A stretch of 64,000 nt of DNA. Origin: Minisyncoccota bacterium. GTDB lineage: Bacteria > Patescibacteriota > Minisyncoccia > Phycocordibacterales > CAIJYI01. Below are positions 28,143-36,475 of the stretch, piece by piece. Numbering within the stretch: position 1 is the first letter of the stretch; every line of letters begins with the position of its first letter. The position numbers and the translations under genes are program-made. The stretch is taken from NCBI GenBank assembly GCA_023229825.1, contig JALNYN010000002.1:17789-81788 (forward strand), written 5' to 3'. The notes below the pieces were generated by a model. It saw only the letters and a list, made by a program, of their open reading frames with translations, had not been told where the DNA came from and did no database searches.

Positions 28143-29114
28143 TTACAAATTCCTCAAGTCCATGTTTCCGAGCCATCCTACGATCGTTTGATAAAGAGTC
28201 GTTACTGCAGGAGCCATTGCTTCATCCAATTCGTCGGCCGAGTCAAGCTGAGTCAGCGATTCCTCGAGATAATTATCCATTGAGGCGGAAACGCTGCTTC
28301 CCGGGGTAATGGAAGTACATCCGATATAATGTCCGTAGACGCAGTCGGTTTTCACATCGCGATATCCTTGTCCTGCCTGAACTTCCGCCTGGGTGTGGGT
28401 GAGCGCTTCGTTTACTTGCCTGTTCAACTCGGCTGCCGTTCTTTCTTGTACGGAAAAAATGTCATTTTTTGGCGACTGCAGAGCGTTCCAGCAATCCCAG
28501 CCGTTTCCGGTCGGGCAGGCATTCCAATCATTCATAAAGGCTTCATATCCGGCGTCTCCCCCCGGAAAATCAACTCCCTCGGAAATATTTTGAGAAAAAG
28601 GCGTTGTTTTCTGTTCCAGAACATTTGCTCTCGCTTGACCTTTGACGAAATCAAGCATTCCGGTGGTATTGGCGTAATCATTCGCAAAGAAATAATCCGT
28701 CACTTCGCCGTTTATGGTGGTGTAGTAGCCCTGCGGATTATCAATAAAAGAGGAATTTCCAAAAAATCCTGTCTGTGCCATCGTTTTCATTCCCTCGAAT
28801 TGCACACTGATCAAAGCTTTTGCCGCGAACCACGCGATGGAATCCCAGCTGCATCCGGTTCCGAGCACTCCGCCCGCGCCTCCGAACGATCCGCCGCCGG
28901 TGAGTCCGCCGAGAATATTACCGGTGTTGCTGATAAGATTCGCAATGCACGAATCGAGATCCTTCTCTTCCACGAGAGGCGTTCTCATTTCCGCGATGGG
29001 GACGAGAACCTGAAGCGGGGTCTTTCCCTGCGCAAGCGCTCCATTCGCTGATGTTAGAAAAAGCGAACCGGCCAATGAAAAGATCAAACCAATGGCGATG
29101 TTTTTATTAAACAT
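28143..29114 (-). CDS. Secreted Cys-containing protein of the T4SS-like operon
   Basis: Signal peptide; DSIAW.AAK, FIDNP, GWDCW, AGQGY, ITPGS; translationally coupled to the VirB6-like gene. Confidence 0.65.
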   Translation of the reverse strand: MFNKNIAIGLIFSLAGSLFLTSANGALAQGKTPLQVLVPIAEMRTPLVEEKDLDSCIANLISNTGNILGGLTGGGSFGGAGGVLGTGCSWDSIAWFAAKALISVQFEGMKTMAQTGFFGNSSFIDNPQGYYTTINGEVTDYFFANDYANTTGMLDFVKGQARANVLEQKTTPFSQNISEGVDFPGGDAGYEAFMNDWNACPTGNGWDCWNALQSPKNDIFSVQERTAAELNRQVNEALTHTQAEVQAGQGYRDVKTDCVYGHYIGCTSITPGSSVSASMDNYLEESLTQLDSADELDEAMAPAVTTLYQTIVGWLGNMDLRNL

Positions 29115-29152
29115 ACATTTTTAATTTATTTATATTTTTAGTTATAAAAAGA

Positions 29153-30154
29153 CTATTGTGCCGCCGGGAACGCGTTATAAAGGAGAGAAGCATTTTCTGT
29201 TGCGGTAAAGCTGATGCCGGAGTTGTCAAAATGGGTGGTTACGGAATCGAGAGTTATTTTCATTTTTGTCATGGTGCTTTTGTATTGCTGCATGCCGATG
29301 AGTCCGCGGGCCGGATCGGAAACCATGTATCCGATATTTTCGATCGCAATAACCGTGTCGGACAATTGATTGAGCAGGTTAAGATGGATGGGTGCCAGAT
29401 ACTCAGGAACTTTCAATTTTGAAACGGCGGAAATTTGATCTTTTCTTGCGCTTATCAATTTTGGCAATGTTTCAAAACTGGCGGAATCCCTTGTTTTTAG
29501 CGAAACCAATACCATGTACAATATTTTTTGCTGTTCATCGTTTTGATTGCCGAATTTTTTAAAAGTTACCCCGAGATCATTTCCGTATTGTTTCAATGAG
29601 GCTGACGTTTCCGTAACTGTGTTGATGTCTCTCAATTTAAACACAGCCGGAAGCTCCCCCGCTTTCTTATTGAAATCTTCCATTATGTTTTTAGCGACGG
29701 TCTTTGGAAAATCCGGATCATCCTGTGTGTCGCGGCCCGCAACGGTGAGCATTTCTCTCATCATCTTTTCCGTTAGGGTAAGATCTTCCAAAGAAGAGAT
29801 CGTCGGCGTCGTGGAGGAGTTTTTGATACTCGTATAGTTCATGTAATCATTCGGGCCTTTGACGAGAGGATCTCTTCCGAGCGATATCTCGACGCCATCG
29901 GGCGTACCGTCTGCGTCAGTGTCGGCCTTTTTTGAGTTCGTGCCCAGTTTTGATTCTTCCCAATCAAGCAAGCTATCGCCGTCCGAGTCGGTATTTGCGT
30001 TCGAAATGGCGAATTTTTCTATCTTTTCCAGCGCCAAACGATTCTTCTCCGCTCGGACATTTTTTCGCCATGCCGTGAACCCATAACCAACACCGGTGAT
30101 GACCGCGAGCGAGACAATAACGATAAAGAATCTTTTACTGGGAAGGTATTGCAT
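29153..30154 (-). CDS. Membrane-anchored protein with Ca-binding DxDGD (thrombospondin type 3-like) repeats
   Basis: N-terminal TM helix; DSDGDSLLDWEE.KLGTN...ADTDADGTPDGVE. Confidence 0.7.
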   Translation of the reverse strand: MQYLPSKRFFIVIVSLAVITGVGYGFTAWRKNVRAEKNRLALEKIEKFAISNANTDSDGDSLLDWEESKLGTNSKKADTDADGTPDGVEISLGRDPLVKGPNDYMNYTSIKNSSTTPTISSLEDLTLTEKMMREMLTVAGRDTQDDPDFPKTVAKNIMEDFNKKAGELPAVFKLRDINTVTETSASLKQYGNDLGVTFKKFGNQNDEQQKILYMVLVSLKTRDSASFETLPKLISARKDQISAVSKLKVPEYLAPIHLNLLNQLSDTVIAIENIGYMVSDPARGLIGMQQYKSTMTKMKITLDSVTTHFDNSGISFTATENASLLYNAFPAAQ

Positions 30155-30302
30155 AAATATTTTTGTAAGGAAGTAAACTCCTCCTATGATAAATAGTATA
30201 TCAGTATTTTTATCTTATAAAAATTAAAAAAGTGGATAAATGATATTTTTTGTTCGCGTTCCATGATATTATATTGGTAACGTCATCGTTCTTTATCTGA
30301 CG

Positions 30303-31244
30303 ATGAAAAAACAATCAAATATGCACCATAAAAAAATAAAAATTTTAGCGTCGATCTCTCTATTTTTTGTTTTTGCCACTACCGTAGCGTTCAGTATTAA
30401 CAGCGCAAGGGCTACGTCTGAGACGACCGAATTTGCGACGCCTCCAGTGGATGATGCCGCCCTTCTGGAACAGCAAAAAGCGAAACTTTTATTTCTGGAA
30501 CAGACTCTGAAGGGTACGATGTCTGATGAGGCTTTATACGCCATTACCAGACCGACTCAAGTTTCGGGAACGGCGGCTGCGTCCACGGGAACGGGTTATG
30601 TTTTTTCAAAGAATTTGAAGCTCGGCGACACGGATGCCCAAGTTCTTGCTCTTCAAAAGGTTTTGAATCGAGATACGGCTACCGTGATCTCAACCACCGG
30701 TCCGGGTTCTTTAGGTAATGAAACCACCTATTTTGGCCTAAAAACAAAGACAGCGCTCATTAAATTCCAAAACAAGTACGCGAAAGAAGTACTTATTCCG
30801 AATGGGCTTACTGTCGGTACCGGCTATTTTGGCGTTTCCACCCGCACCTTATTAAATACTTTGAACGCAAAGACCGCCGGAACGACTCCGGCCGCGGTTG
30901 TAATGGAAAAATTAACAATAACGGCGCTGGAACCTACTCACGGAAAAGATGGCACCGTGGTGACCATTCGCGGCACGGGGATCACTAAAACCGCCAATAA
31001 GATCATTGCTGGGGGCGTTACGGTATATAATGCGACTTCCACTGACGGAAAAACACTGACTTTTACTATGAGATCGGGTGTAACTTTCCCTGTTGACTCA
31101 GGAATGTCCGAAGCGAGTACGACGTACATCAAAGAACATTTCAAGGAATTTGTTACTGATACTTTCCCTCCTCTCAAGTATCCCGTGTGTATTTCCAACG
31201 ATAATGGCATGAGTAATTGCGCGTTTTTTACCATCGATCTCTAA
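30303..31244 (+). CDS. Secreted peptidoglycan-binding domain plus IPT/TIG protein
   Basis: FSKNLKLGD...QVLALQKVLN, GSLGNETTYFG.KTK.ALIKFQ, GTGYFG..TR; ITALEPTHG..GTVVTIRGTG. Confidence 0.78.
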   Translation: MKKQSNMHHKKIKILASISLFFVFATTVAFSINSARATSETTEFATPPVDDAALLEQQKAKLLFLEQTLKGTMSDEALYAITRPTQVSGTAAASTGTGYVFSKNLKLGDTDAQVLALQKVLNRDTATVISTTGPGSLGNETTYFGLKTKTALIKFQNKYAKEVLIPNGLTVGTGYFGVSTRTLLNTLNAKTAGTTPAAVVMEKLTITALEPTHGKDGTVVTIRGTGITKTANKIIAGGVTVYNATSTDGKTLTFTMRSGVTFPVDSGMSEASTTYIKEHFKEFVTDTFPPLKYPVCISNDNGMSNCAFFTIDL

Positions 31245-31258
31245 AAAGATAAAAATAT

Positions 31259-31735
31259 ATGTTTCAAAAAATAAAAAAAGTAATGCGGTCGAAGGTGTTT
31301 CTCCTTTCATTTTCTCTTATATTGAGCGCATCAATGATAGCCGGAGCGTTCGTGTATAAAACAAGGATCGTAAACGCGACCATCGGTTCGAATGGCATGC
31401 TTATTTTTGGAGGAAGAATACAAATGATGCAACTTTGCTGTAATGGCTTGAGACTTCAAATTGGTCCTCCTGTCGAAGCGGATGTTATATTTACTTGGCC
31501 TATTTCACAGCTCTATATGTGGTGGAATCTCACGATGGGACAATGCGTGCTCGGTGACGCATACCCGTTCGGCGTATGCGTCAGTCCGTTTTCGTGGCCT
31601 CCTTGTACGCGATCTGAAACAGTTGACGGAACCATACGACAGGTGGGGACGACGCTGACCGGTCCGCTCTCCGGCACCTGCCAACGAAGCGGCGGTTTGG
31701 TTGAAGGCGGAGGGTATAGTGGCACCAGTTTTTAA
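31259..31735 (+). CDS. Cys-rich membrane or secreted hypothetical protein
   Basis: N-terminal TM helix, FGGRI....CCNG, several Cys; co-oriented with the PG-binding gene. Confidence 0.62.
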   Translation: MFQKIKKVMRSKVFLLSFSLILSASMIAGAFVYKTRIVNATIGSNGMLIFGGRIQMMQLCCNGLRLQIGPPVEADVIFTWPISQLYMWWNLTMGQCVLGDAYPFGVCVSPFSWPPCTRSETVDGTIRQVGTTLTGPLSGTCQRSGGLVEGGGYSGTSF

Positions 31736-32607
31736 TCAGAAAGCTTTTTCCAGTCCGATAAAGAAAGATCTTCCGCTCTCACTGTTTCACTAATTCCGCT
31801 CTCTTTCATTTTGTTTCGTAAAATATTTTCATCGAAAACAGCTCTCAGGTTTGAAAAGAGCTGTTTTCTTTTGTGCGCAAAGCCCGCATGAAGTATTTCA
31901 AAAAATCGTTCTTCTTGTGATAGGGTCGTTTCTTGCCGGACGCGGGTCTCCGACCCCGTCCGGAACGTTTCGGACGGGGTCGGAGACCCGCGTCCGGCGT
32001 CGAAAAATTTTCTTGAAATGTTATCTATCAGAAGGATCGCCGAATCAACCGAAGGTGCAGGCGTAAAACTTCCCGCTTTGACCGTTTTTATATATTTCGG
32101 CTCGCCGTATGCTTTAACGCTGAGGGAAAGCAAACTTTCCTTACCATCTCGCGCGACGATGCGCTCGGCGACCTCCTTTTGAACAAGCAGAACCATTTTT
32201 GAAGGTTGTTTTTCTGATGTGAGGAATTTTCGAATGATCTGCCCGGTAATGTAATACGGAATATTGGCAACCAATTTATATTGTCCGTCGTTGTTTTTAC
32301 CGCCGGACTGGGGTTGCACCCCTGTCCGCAATGTTTGGAAATTAAGGACATCATCATGTATTAAAGTAAGGCGTTTTTCAAAAATTTCTTTGGCGAATTT
32401 TTCTTGCAGGAGCGGTATCAGGTCACCATCTTTCTCGACAGCAATAACTCTCACATTCCTTTTTAAGAGTTCTTCTGTGAGTATTCCCCTCCCCGGTCCG
32501 ATCTCAAGCACGGTTTCTCCAGCAACAAGAGAAGCGGCATCGACGATTGACGCGACAATGCCAGTATTAGTTAAAAAATTCTGTCCAAGAGATTTTTTAG
32601 GTATCAT
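31732..32607 (-). CDS. rsmA: 16S rRNA adenine dimethyltransferase RsmA/KsgA
   Basis: PKKSLGQNFL, VLEIGPGRGILT, VANIPYYIT, VQKEVAERI, F.PAP.VDSA, HKRKQL; carries two in-frame REP insertions. Confidence 0.95.
   Translation of the reverse strand: MIPKKSLGQNFLTNTGIVASIVDAASLVAGETVLEIGPGRGILTEELLKRNVRVIAVEKDGDLIPLLQEKFAKEIFEKRLTLIHDDVLNFQTLRTGVQPQSGGKNNDGQYKLVANIPYYITGQIIRKFLTSEKQPSKMVLLVQKEVAERIVARDGKESLLSLSVKAYGEPKYIKTVKAGSFTPAPSVDSAILLIDNISRKFFDAGRGSPTPSETFRTGSETRVRQETTLSQEERFFEILHAGFAHKRKQLFSNLRAVFDENILRNKMKESGISETVRAEDLSLSDWKKLSD
31935..32000. repeat. REP doublet inserted in frame in rsmA
   Basis: gccggacgcgggtctccgaccccgtccg-gaacgttt-cggacggggtcggagacccgcgtccggc, read as AGRGSPTPSETFRTGSETRVRQ. 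Confidence 0.78.
32301..32335. repeat. Single REP inserted in frame in rsmA
   Basis: cgccggactggggttgcacccctgtccgcaatgtt, read as TLRTGVQPQSGG. Confidence 0.75.
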
Positions 32608-32637
32608 AAAATTTTTGCTTATTATTTTTTAACACCG

Positions 32638-33267
32638 TCGCCGGTTCGGGGTTGTACCCCGAACCGAAACGTTGGAATCTTTCGCATGTCATCATTCATT
32701 CACATTATCTGTTTTCAACTCGCATTTTTCGTTTGCCGACGACCAATACCAAAAGGATGAATCCGAAACATAGTTTTTTCGAACAGGATTTTCTAAAATA
32801 TAATTCAATTTTTGCTGAAAAAATTTTTCGCTTTGAAGAATGATAGGCATATTGGTATCTTGCCAAATGGAATAGGTTTCGTCGGTTTCAACGAATAATT
32901 TTTCAATATTCGGTTCAGTTGCAACTATATTTTTATGTATTTCGCGGGATGTATGCCTTTTAAAATCCCTGACAAATCCGGAGGTATCGCAAGATTCTGT
33001 AATAAGATGAATATGGTTAAGCATAAATACAAAACCGTATAGTTTGAGACCCTTCTTCTTTTGGCAAAAACGGAGAGATTCTGCAATAATATTCCAGCGA
33101 TTATGCCGGTCAAAAAGGTAATACCATTTCTTAATGGTAAAAGTGAGAAAGTATGTGGAAGAATTTAATTCTTTTGATATTTTTTTGATCGGCATTAATG
33201 ATTACTATAAAGAAATTTTTAATCAAATACAAACGTTTCGGTTCGGGGTACAACCCCGAACCGGCGA
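32638..33267. mobile_element. RAYT locus: Y1 transposase flanked by inverted REPs
   Basis: cggttcggggttgtaccccgaaccg (32642-32666) and its exact inverse (33239-33263), with matching tcgc/aaacgtt flanks. Confidence 0.82.
32692..33195 (-). CDS. REP-associated tyrosine (HUH Y1) transposase
   Basis: YFLTF, GFVFMLNHIHL (HUH), RDFKRHTS, IWQ, KLNYILENPVR, W.WSSA. Confidence 0.88.
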   Translation of the reverse strand: MPIKKISKELNSSTYFLTFTIKKWYYLFDRHNRWNIIAESLRFCQKKKGLKLYGFVFMLNHIHLITESCDTSGFVRDFKRHTSREIHKNIVATEPNIEKLFVETDETYSIWQDTNMPIILQSEKFFQQKLNYILENPVRKNYVSDSSFWYWSSANEKCELKTDNVNE

Positions 33268-33334
33268 AAGAGGATCTTGCGGCAATTTTAAATTTTACAT
33301 TGTCGTTTTTAGTTTTTCATTTTTCCTTTTTACT

Positions 33335-36300
33335 TTAAATATACACCACCCTTCCTCTCGTTTCACCTTTCCTTTCCTCTATTTCCACCAGCTCCTCCGG
33401 TATATCATTCAAAAATTCCGATGGTACTGTCATGTTTCTTGAGCCAAAAACGGTTCGTACTGAGGCGTAGGTTAAAAACAGTCTTTGTTTTGCTCGCGTG
33501 ATGGCGACATAAAAAAGCCGCCTCTCTTCTTCTTTGTGGTTCTGTGAATCGCCAGATTCTCCGAAACTTCGATGCGGGAAAAGTCCGTCTTCGAGTCCGG
33601 TAATGAAAACCGTTTCAAATTCCAATCCTTTTGACGCGTGCACGGTCATGAGACGGACGCGCGGTGTATCGATCTTTCCGTGCATGAGCGAATCTTGATC
33701 GCTTGCCAGAGCGGCATCTTCGAGGAGTTTCTGTATTCCCTCTTCCGGCGGATAGGCATCGTATTTTGAAGCCAGAGAAACTAATTCGTAGAGGTTCTCT
33801 ATCCTTTCTTGCTCCTCTTCTCCTCCGAGCGATAACCCCTTTTCCATCCCCGTTTCTTTGAGAATATATTTTACCGTATCGCTCGGTTTTTTTTCGGCGG
33901 CGATAACCCGTATTTTTTCAAGAAGCGCGAAAAAGTCAGAAACTTTTGTTTTTGCCGCCGCTGGGAGCATATCTCTTTGTCCGGCAAGGATCTTTTTCAG
34001 GGTGACTTCCCCGAGGCCTCTTGCTGGAACGTTTATGATGCGTTTCAGATCGAAAGCGCTTTCGGGATTGAATGCGGCGCGAAGATACGCAAGAACATCT
34101 TTCACCTCTTTTCTCTCAAAGAATTTTGTCCCGAGTACCTGATACGGAATGTCGGCGGACAGCATTGCCTCTTCGAGAGCGCGAGATTGATAATTGGCGC
34201 GAAAGAGCACGGCTATATTTTGGTAAGAAACTCCTTTTCTCACAAGTTCTCGCACTTTTTCGGCCACGAAAGAAGCCTCGTCATTTTCGTCGTACGCTTC
34301 ATAAAGCGATATTTGTTCTCCTCCCGGAATTTTGGTAAAGAGATTTTTTGGCACCCTCAGCTTATTTTTTTGAATGACGCTATTTGCCGCCGAAAGGATA
34401 TTCTGTGTGGAGCGGTAATTTTCTTCAAGAAGAACGATCTTCGATCCGGGGTAATCTTTTTCAAAATGAATAATGTTTCTAATGTTAGCGCCTCGCCACG
34501 AATACACGCAATTATGTACCGGTATGGAGTTAACAATATAGTTATGAGTTTTGGCAATATCAAGGTCATAGACCAATCCTTCATATTTTACCCGCTCTAT
34601 CTTTTGAATTTCATCAGTAATTATTTTTCCATTTTGAATGAGCGCAGTTTCCATTTTTTCCCGAAGGCTTGCCGCCGGAAAAAAATTAAATCTCCCTTTT
34701 TCCGTAAGGAGTGCGGTACGATTCAGGATAAGTTTGGGATTGATCGCAAGTATTTTTTGCGCGATATTTTCAGCTTCGCCATAATCCAACTTTGCGATTT
34801 CCAACCGCCAGTCGTCCCTTTTTCCTTTTCTTGTTTTAAAACCCGCCAATTCGAGTTTCTCTTTCAGTTTTTTGTCGGTTGTGTTGATGGAAACGCGGCT
34901 TAACCCGAATGGGTGCAAAACGCTTTTTCTTTTGTCACTGAACATGGTGAGTCGGACGTTGAGTCGATTGTTTTCCGTGTTCCCTTGCGTTGTTCCTTGC
35001 GGGGTGTAGTGTGGAAAATCAAATGAAAGTCCTGTTTCTTCAAAAAGTCGTTTCGCGTTTTTTTCCGTATCTATCATTCCAAATAAATCGTCAATCTGCT
35101 TTTGAGCAAGGGAGAGTTTTCTGCCGATCGTATGGAACACTATCGTTGGAATTCCGTAGAAAAAAGAATAATAGTTTTCCCATAAAATCGCCTCCGGTTT
35201 TGTTTCGCATACTCTTATTACCCACATCCGATCCGCTTTTTCTTGATTGCTTCGCACCAAAAAACCGACCTTTACATCCCCGTTCCCGTTTCCCGGGACT
35301 CGTGCGCTTTTTACCATGCCAACCCGAAATCCTTTCGTTCTTTTGTACATGAGATACACATAATATACGTTGTGTTGAAGTGAAAAACGGGAAAAGAAAA
35401 TATGCTCGGGCGTCGTTTTTATTATTCTCCCGCTTTTTGTTGTGATTTTTATCATATCCCCGTCATATTTTTTCTCTATGACTCGCGTAACTTTTGAGAG
35501 GCAAACATCTCCGTTTCCGGCGGCGCTTTTTACTTCGTCGCCCGTCTTGATATCTTCTATTTTTTTCTCGCCATTTTTGACGGATACTCGCGTATTTTTC
35601 GGAAAACACTGGTCCCCATCGCCGACGACGCAGATGTTTCGGTCTTTTCCGGCGAGCAGTCTTGAAAGTTCGTATTGAACGGTATTCGTGTCTTGATATT
35701 CATCAATGTGCACATAGCGCCACATTTCTTGGTATTTTTCACGGATAGCCTCGTTTTCGCGCAGGAGAAGCAGAGTTTTTAGGAGAAGATCATCAAAATC
35801 GAAAGCCGATGCTTTTTTTGTTCTTTTTTCGTAATCAAGCCACACTTCGGCGACGATGCGCGGGAAAAAAGCGGTGTTGGAATTCGCGTAAAAGGTCTCT
35901 GCTGAAACACACTCTCCTTTTTGCCGCGAAATAATACTTTGTATCTTTTTCGGATCGAATTGCTTCGGATCGAGATTCCTTGCTTTTATGGCATCTTTGA
36001 TAAGCGAACGAGAATCGTTTTGATCTAAGATCGTAAAGTGCTTCGGAAGGCCGAGCGCTTCGTTCTCTTTTCGAAGGATATATACTCCAAGCGAATGAAA
36101 GGTCCCGATAAACGGTTCGTTGCCGTATCCGATGATATTTTCTTTTTGAAGGAGCGTGTTTATCCTTCCCCTCATCTCTTGCGCAGCTTTATTGGTGAAT
36201 GTTACGGCGAGTATTTGATGCGCGGGAACACCGCTTTGTATGAGCTGAATGATCCTGTGCGTCAAAGTTTTTGTTTTTCCGGCCCCCGCTCCGGCAACGA

Positions 36301-36373
36301 TCAAAAGAGGGCCGTTTTTGTGAAGAACGGCCTCTTTTTGCGGTTCATTTAATCCTTCTGTGTAGTCATGCAT
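33335..36373 (-). CDS. pcrA: ATP-dependent DNA helicase PcrA/UvrD containing an intein
   Basis: AGAGAGKTKTLT, TFTNKAA, TFHSL, DFDDLL, IDEYQDTN, LEENYRST, MTVHASKGLEF, EEERRLFYVAITRA. Confidence 0.93.
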   Translation of the reverse strand: MHDYTEGLNEPQKEAVLHKNGPLLIVAGAGAGKTKTLTHRIIQLIQSGVPAHQILAVTFTNKAAQEMRGRINTLLQKENIIGYGNEPFIGTFHSLGVYILRKENEALGLPKHFTILDQNDSRSLIKDAIKARNLDPKQFDPKKIQSIISRQKGECVSAETFYANSNTAFFPRIVAEVWLDYEKRTKKASAFDFDDLLLKTLLLLRENEAIREKYQEMWRYVHIDEYQDTNTVQYELSRLLAGKDRNICVVGDGDQCFPKNTRVSVKNGEKKIEDIKTGDEVKSAAGNGDVCLSKVTRVIEKKYDGDMIKITTKSGRIIKTTPEHIFFSRFSLQHNVYYVYLMYKRTKGFRVGMVKSARVPGNGNGDVKVGFLVRSNQEKADRMWVIRVCETKPEAILWENYYSFFYGIPTIVFHTIGRKLSLAQKQIDDLFGMIDTEKNAKRLFEETGLSFDFPHYTPQGTTQGNTENNRLNVRLTMFSDKRKSVLHPFGLSRVSINTTDKKLKEKLELAGFKTRKGKRDDWRLEIAKLDYGEAENIAQKILAINPKLILNRTALLTEKGRFNFFPAASLREKMETALIQNGKIITDEIQKIERVKYEGLVYDLDIAKTHNYIVNSIPVHNCVYSWRGANIRNIIHFEKDYPGSKIVLLEENYRSTQNILSAANSVIQKNKLRVPKNLFTKIPGGEQISLYEAYDENDEASFVAEKVRELVRKGVSYQNIAVLFRANYQSRALEEAMLSADIPYQVLGTKFFERKEVKDVLAYLRAAFNPESAFDLKRIINVPARGLGEVTLKKILAGQRDMLPAAAKTKVSDFFALLEKIRVIAAEKKPSDTVKYILKETGMEKGLSLGGEEEQERIENLYELVSLASKYDAYPPEEGIQKLLEDAALASDQDSLMHGKIDTPRVRLMTVHASKGLEFETVFITGLEDGLFPHRSFGESGDSQNHKEEERRLFYVAITRAKQRLFLTYASVRTVFGSRNMTVPSEFLNDIPEELVEIEERKGETRGRVVYI
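34511..35608 (-). mobile_element. Intein (366 aa) in PcrA helicase motif III
   Basis: VVGDGDQ|CFPKNT... TTPEH (block B) ... VYDLDIAKTHNYIVN...VHN|CVYSWRGA; removal restores GDGDQCVYSWRGA. Confidence 0.92.
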
Positions 36374-36475
36374 GGGAGTATGATAGCATACTTACGATTA
36401 AAGATTAAAGATTATCGATTACCGATCACATATAAAAAATGATCCGCCTTCTGCGGATCGTTTTTTCTGGTCTCG

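Noticed and set aside
15099-30154. Integrative conjugative element or plasmid
   Set aside because: No relaxase, coupling protein, integrase or att repeats seen; embedded among core origin genes
33977-34903. 308-aa plus-strand ORF (and similar ORFs at 28329, 38740, 2836, 23390)
   Set aside because: Antisense shadows of well-supported minus-strand genes with no recognisable motifs
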